From NCBI RefSeq assembly GCF_009914755.1, contig NC_060925.1: a stretch of 64,000 bases of DNA. One strand, written 5' to 3'. Positions 58,050 to 64,000 of the stretch are shown here, piece by piece. The notes below the pieces were generated by a model. That model saw only the letters and a program-made list of their open reading frames with translations. It was not told the DNA's origin and did not search any database. Source of the DNA: the human T2T-CHM13v2.0 reference genome, Homo sapiens. Position 1 is the first letter of the stretch, and each line of letters opens with the position of its first letter. Position numbers and translations under genes: made by a program.

Positions 58050-59130
58050 GACTAAAAGGCAATCACAACAGTCCGTTCGCTGTCCCACTCTCATTTCTTC
58101 TCTCCTTTCACTTCAAATTCCCCACACCCACCTCGTATCTATCTGCTTCCCACACAGTGACGACCTTGATTTCATTTCCCAGTGCAGCAGGAAATAATCA
58201 GAGGACAACTTCTACTTCCTCTGGCCCTCTCCAAGGGACTTCCTCTAGCCACTATGAATGACCTGGCTATGCTCCTAAGGCCACATGATGCCAGAACCGG
58301 ACCCATCCCTGGTAGCCAACTTACATAGTTCCAGCAGCCTCTCCTCTCTCTGCTGCATGGTTACCTCCCCCTTCCTCTGGATCATTCCCATCTGCCATGT
58401 TCCAGCATGTTTTTTTCATCCATCTTAACAAAATTACAAAACTCTCCTGATCATACTTATCCCTGCAACTAGTGCTTCATTTCTTTTCTTCCCTTTACAG
58501 CTAACTTCTACCAAAGCAAAATACTTTACTACTAAGCCTGTGAGTCCCTCTCCGCCCAGGCTCTTGACCCCATTCCAATCAGGCTACTTCCCGGCCTCTA
58601 CAGCCAGCGCTTTCTCAGGTCTCACCTGACCACCAGCAGCTTTCGCCACCGCTGTTCAGTTAACTCTCGTTTAAAGACTTCCTGACCTACAGGACATCAC
58701 ACACTGGGTTTTCCACCAAAACCGATGACTATCTGCTGCTCCCTCATCTTTGCCTGGACCTCTTCTTGGAGTGCCCCAGGGCTCAGAGCTGGAACCATCC
58801 TGTTTCTATCTATTCAACTCCATCAGCATTATTATCGCATCTGGTGGCCTGGGTATCCTCTCTGCTGAAGGCTCCCATATTTACACCTCCAAACTCTTCC
58901 CTGAACTCCAGGCCCACATATTCAACTGCCCACTTGACATGTCCAGCTGATGTCTACCAGGCATCTCAAGGTTAACAAATGGAAACCCACTCCTCCTGCA
59001 GTGACCCCATCCCAGTTAATGGCAACTACATGCACCTCAGTCGTTAAGCCAAAAACCTGCTGTGATTCCTTGATTCTTCCTCACCCCTCACATATCCAGT
59101 CTGTCTGCCAATCCTGGAGATTAGACTCCA
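58050..59130 (+). mobile_element. L2 LINE 3' portion
   Basis: ggagtgccccagggctcag...ttccctgaactccaggcccacatattcaactgcccacttgacat...aggcatctcaa. Confidence 0.75.
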
Positions 59131-59239
59131 CCTACTGGCCCATGGGAGACAATTATAGTAATAGTACTTAAGGAAATGGAAAAAAAAAAAAAAGAACTTA
59201 AGGAAATGAATAATACGGTCAGCAAAAATTTAGAGGTGA

Positions 59240-59528
59240 GGCCAGACACGGTGGCTCACACCTGTAATCTCAGCACTTTTGGAGGCAGGTGGATTGCTGG
59301 AGTCCAAGAGTTCGTGACCAGCCTGGGCAACATGGCAAAATCCTATCTCTACAAAAACTACAAAAATTAGCCGGGAGTCATGGCGTGTACCTGTAACCCC
59401 AGCTACTGAGAGGCTCCGGTGGGAGGGTCACCTGAGCCCGGAAAGGTTGAGGCTGCAGTGAGCTGAGCTCCTGCCACTGCACTACAGCCTGGGCAACAGA
59501 GACTTTATCTCAAAAATAAAAATAAAAG
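59240..59528 (+). mobile_element. Alu (J-like) abutting the RPL34 pseudogene
   Basis: ggccagacacggtggctcacacc...gagactttatctcaaaaataaaaataaaa. Confidence 0.9.
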
Positions 59529-60324
59529 CTCTCTTCTTGGGACGTTGTCTACACGAAGTGAGAATGGTCCAGCATTTGACACACCGTCATAGGCTTTCCT
59601 ACAATACATCATCATAGGCTTCCTACAATACACCGTCATAGGCTTCCTACAATACAGCCTCTAACAAAACTAGGCTGTCCCGAACCCCTGGTAATAAAAT
59701 TGTTTGTCTCTGTACCAAGAAGGTTGGGAAAACACCAAAATTTGCATTGGCGTGGCCCAGGCAGGCTTCGAGGGGTCCGTGCCATGAGACTTAAAGTTCT
59801 TTTTTTTTTTTTTTTTTTTTTTTTGAGACGGATTCTCACTCTGTCTCCCAGGCTGGAGTGTGCAGTGGCGCAATCTCAGCTCACTGCAACCTGCGCCTCC
59901 CAGGTTCCATCGATTCTCCTGCCTCACCTCTGGAGTAACTGGGATTACAGGTGCATGCCCCATGCCCTGCTAATTTTGTGTATATTTAGTAGAGATGGGG
60001 TTTTGCCATGTTGGCCAGGCTGGTCTTGAACTCCTGACCTGAAGTGATCTGCCCACCTCAGCTTCCCAAAGTGCTGGGATTACAGGCGTGAGCCACCACG
60101 CCCCGCCAAGACCTAAAGTTCTTAAGAGATTGTCCAAAACAAAAACCATGTCAGCAGAGCCTACGGTGGTTCCATGCGTGCTAAACGTGTTCAGGACAGG
60201 ATCAAGCGTGCTTTCCTTCTCGAGGAGGAGAACATCATTGTAAAAGTGCTGAAGGCACAAGCACAGAGTCAGAAAGCTAAATAAAAAATGAAGCCTTTTT
60301 GACTAATAAAAATTAAGACTCGTT
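59529..60324 (+). pseudogene. RPL34 (ribosomal protein eL34) processed pseudogene
   Basis: Intronless; ATG 59564 [37 protein letters not shown]; after the Alu [45 protein letters not shown] (TAA 60282-60284); AATAAA 60305; frameshifts and an Alu insertion. Confidence 0.93.
59801..60107 (-). mobile_element. Alu inserted in the RPL34 pseudogene CDS
   Basis: TSD agacttaaagttct (59787) / agacctaaagttct (60109). Confidence 0.94.
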
Positions 60325-60460
60325 AAAAATTAGAGGTAAGGAAAGAGATAAAAGAAAATATAAGTTCATTTAAACTACTCATTCATAGTTTAGAGACAAT
60401 TTATATTATCTCAAATTAATAAACTGAAATATAAAGACAACCATTAAAAACCCCAAAAAA

Positions 60461-61025
<565 letters not shown>

Positions 61026-61231
61026 TCAGGTATGAAACTAAGGAGGGGAGGATGAACATTTTTCACGATACACCTTTCTATAATAGTTTCCGTATACACG
61101 TATTACATTCTGTAGGACTGAGAGCACTAGATAGACCAACTGTTCTTCCAAGACAACATACTACATAGTCATTTGAAATCACTGTTTTGGTGCAAGTAAT
61201 TAGCAAAACTCTGAATGAAAACGGGTTCTAC

Positions 61232-61359
61232 CTCTTGCACAAAAATGTAGGATGAACCCGGATAGCTGGTTATGAAGTTTACAGTGGCAGTTTTCAGATG
61301 TTCTAGCAACACAATGGAACACTGAGGAGAAAAATTCTGCATCGACCAACGCCTGTCAT
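61232..61359 (-). CDS. NOL9: NOL9 exon 3 (DRRWSMQNFSPQCSIVLLEHL...YIFVQE)
   Basis: ctttacag|AT...GAG|gtagaa; 128 nt; phase 1 to 0. Confidence 0.95.
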
Positions 61360-61685
61360 CTGTAAAGAGAAAAATAAACCACCTTAGAAGCAGTAACTTC
61401 ATTACATTCCACGCCCTTTAGGACTGCCATCTCCTCGGCTAAACTATAAACGTTAGGAGAGTAGGAATTACGGTTGAGAGCCTTTTTCAGGGGGCCATAC
61501 TACATACTAAGAACACATCTGGGAGGAGAAGTCAATCGAGGTTTGCCACATAATAATTTTGTGGCCTTGAACAATTTTTCTTGTCAGTAAAATGGTGATA
61601 ACAATAGTACTTTCACTCTCAGGACCCTCGTAAGGGTTTATATAGATACCACAACGTCCTTAGCACACTGCCTAGACCATAGTAA

Positions 61686-61990
<305 letters not shown>

Positions 61991-62055
61991 CTAAAAATTA
62001 TGAATTAGCCTTATTACAGTAGGCCCTCAGTAAATTACCCAGTTCTTTTCATTAC

Positions 62056-62275
62056 CAAGGTTAAGATGAGATTTGAGCAAATTCCGGGCTTCCCTTTTCA
62101 GTTCCTTCTTGCTTTTCTCAGGCTGTGAGTAGTGAAGTGCATGGATACTCAAGCAAGAGTGGGTATACACAGAGAAGATGTCTTGGGCAGGCTGGCCTTG
62201 GCTGATGGTAAAACCAAATACCTGCACCTGGCCATAGAGGCAAGTCACACGACAGATCCCACTAAAAGTAAAACC
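62056..62275 (-). CDS. NOL9: NOL9 exon 2 (GFTFSGICRVTCLYGQVQVFGF...LLKSHLNL); exon 1 lies beyond the window
   Basis: ctccctgctag|GGT...CTTG|gtaatg; 220 nt; phase 0 to 1. Confidence 0.95.
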
Positions 62276-62329
62276 CTAGCAGGGAGAGAAAACAGAAAAA
62301 ACATTATAGATCATGTCACTAATGACTGA

Positions 62330-63300
<971 letters not shown>

Positions 63301-63304
63301 AAAG

Positions 63305-63950
<646 letters not shown>

Positions 63951-64000
63951 TGCTGGGATTACAGGCGTGAGCCACCACACCCAGCCGATATTTGATTTTC

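Noticed and set aside
59529-60324. Functional RPL34 retrogene
   Set aside because: Frameshifting triplication, small deletions, loss of zinc-ligand Cys codons and an Alu in the CDS

Overview
Primate (human-like) genomic DNA, GC-rich on the left and Alu-dense on the right, with two intron-containing genes in tandem on the minus strand. Right half: NOL9 (Clp1/Grc3-family polynucleotide 5'-kinase for pre-rRNA processing). Eleven coding exons (2-12; exon 1 lies beyond the right edge) were traced with GT-AG boundaries and consistent phases to the TGA at 37503-37505, followed by a ~4.5 kb Alu-filled 3'UTR. Left half: the 5' region of the RhoGEF gene PLEKHG5 (Syx/GEF720). One shared 77-nt exon (8137-8213) can be reached in frame from four phase-1 ATG-bearing first exons (31089, 17670, 8964, 8603), and there are two further candidate non-coding first exons (3280, 2088). 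The most striking item is the isolated 44-codon first exon at 17670-17802 (MFLYWRKRG...). Also present: an RPL34 processed pseudogene split by one Alu and enclosed with another Alu by one apparent target-site duplication (TSD), a degenerate U6 copy, L1/L2/MIR fragments, two minisatellites and a long TA/TG/CA microsatellite. Most entries of the ORF track are GC-rich or Alu noise. Gene identities come from recognising the translated peptides, not from a database search, and repeat boundaries are approximate.
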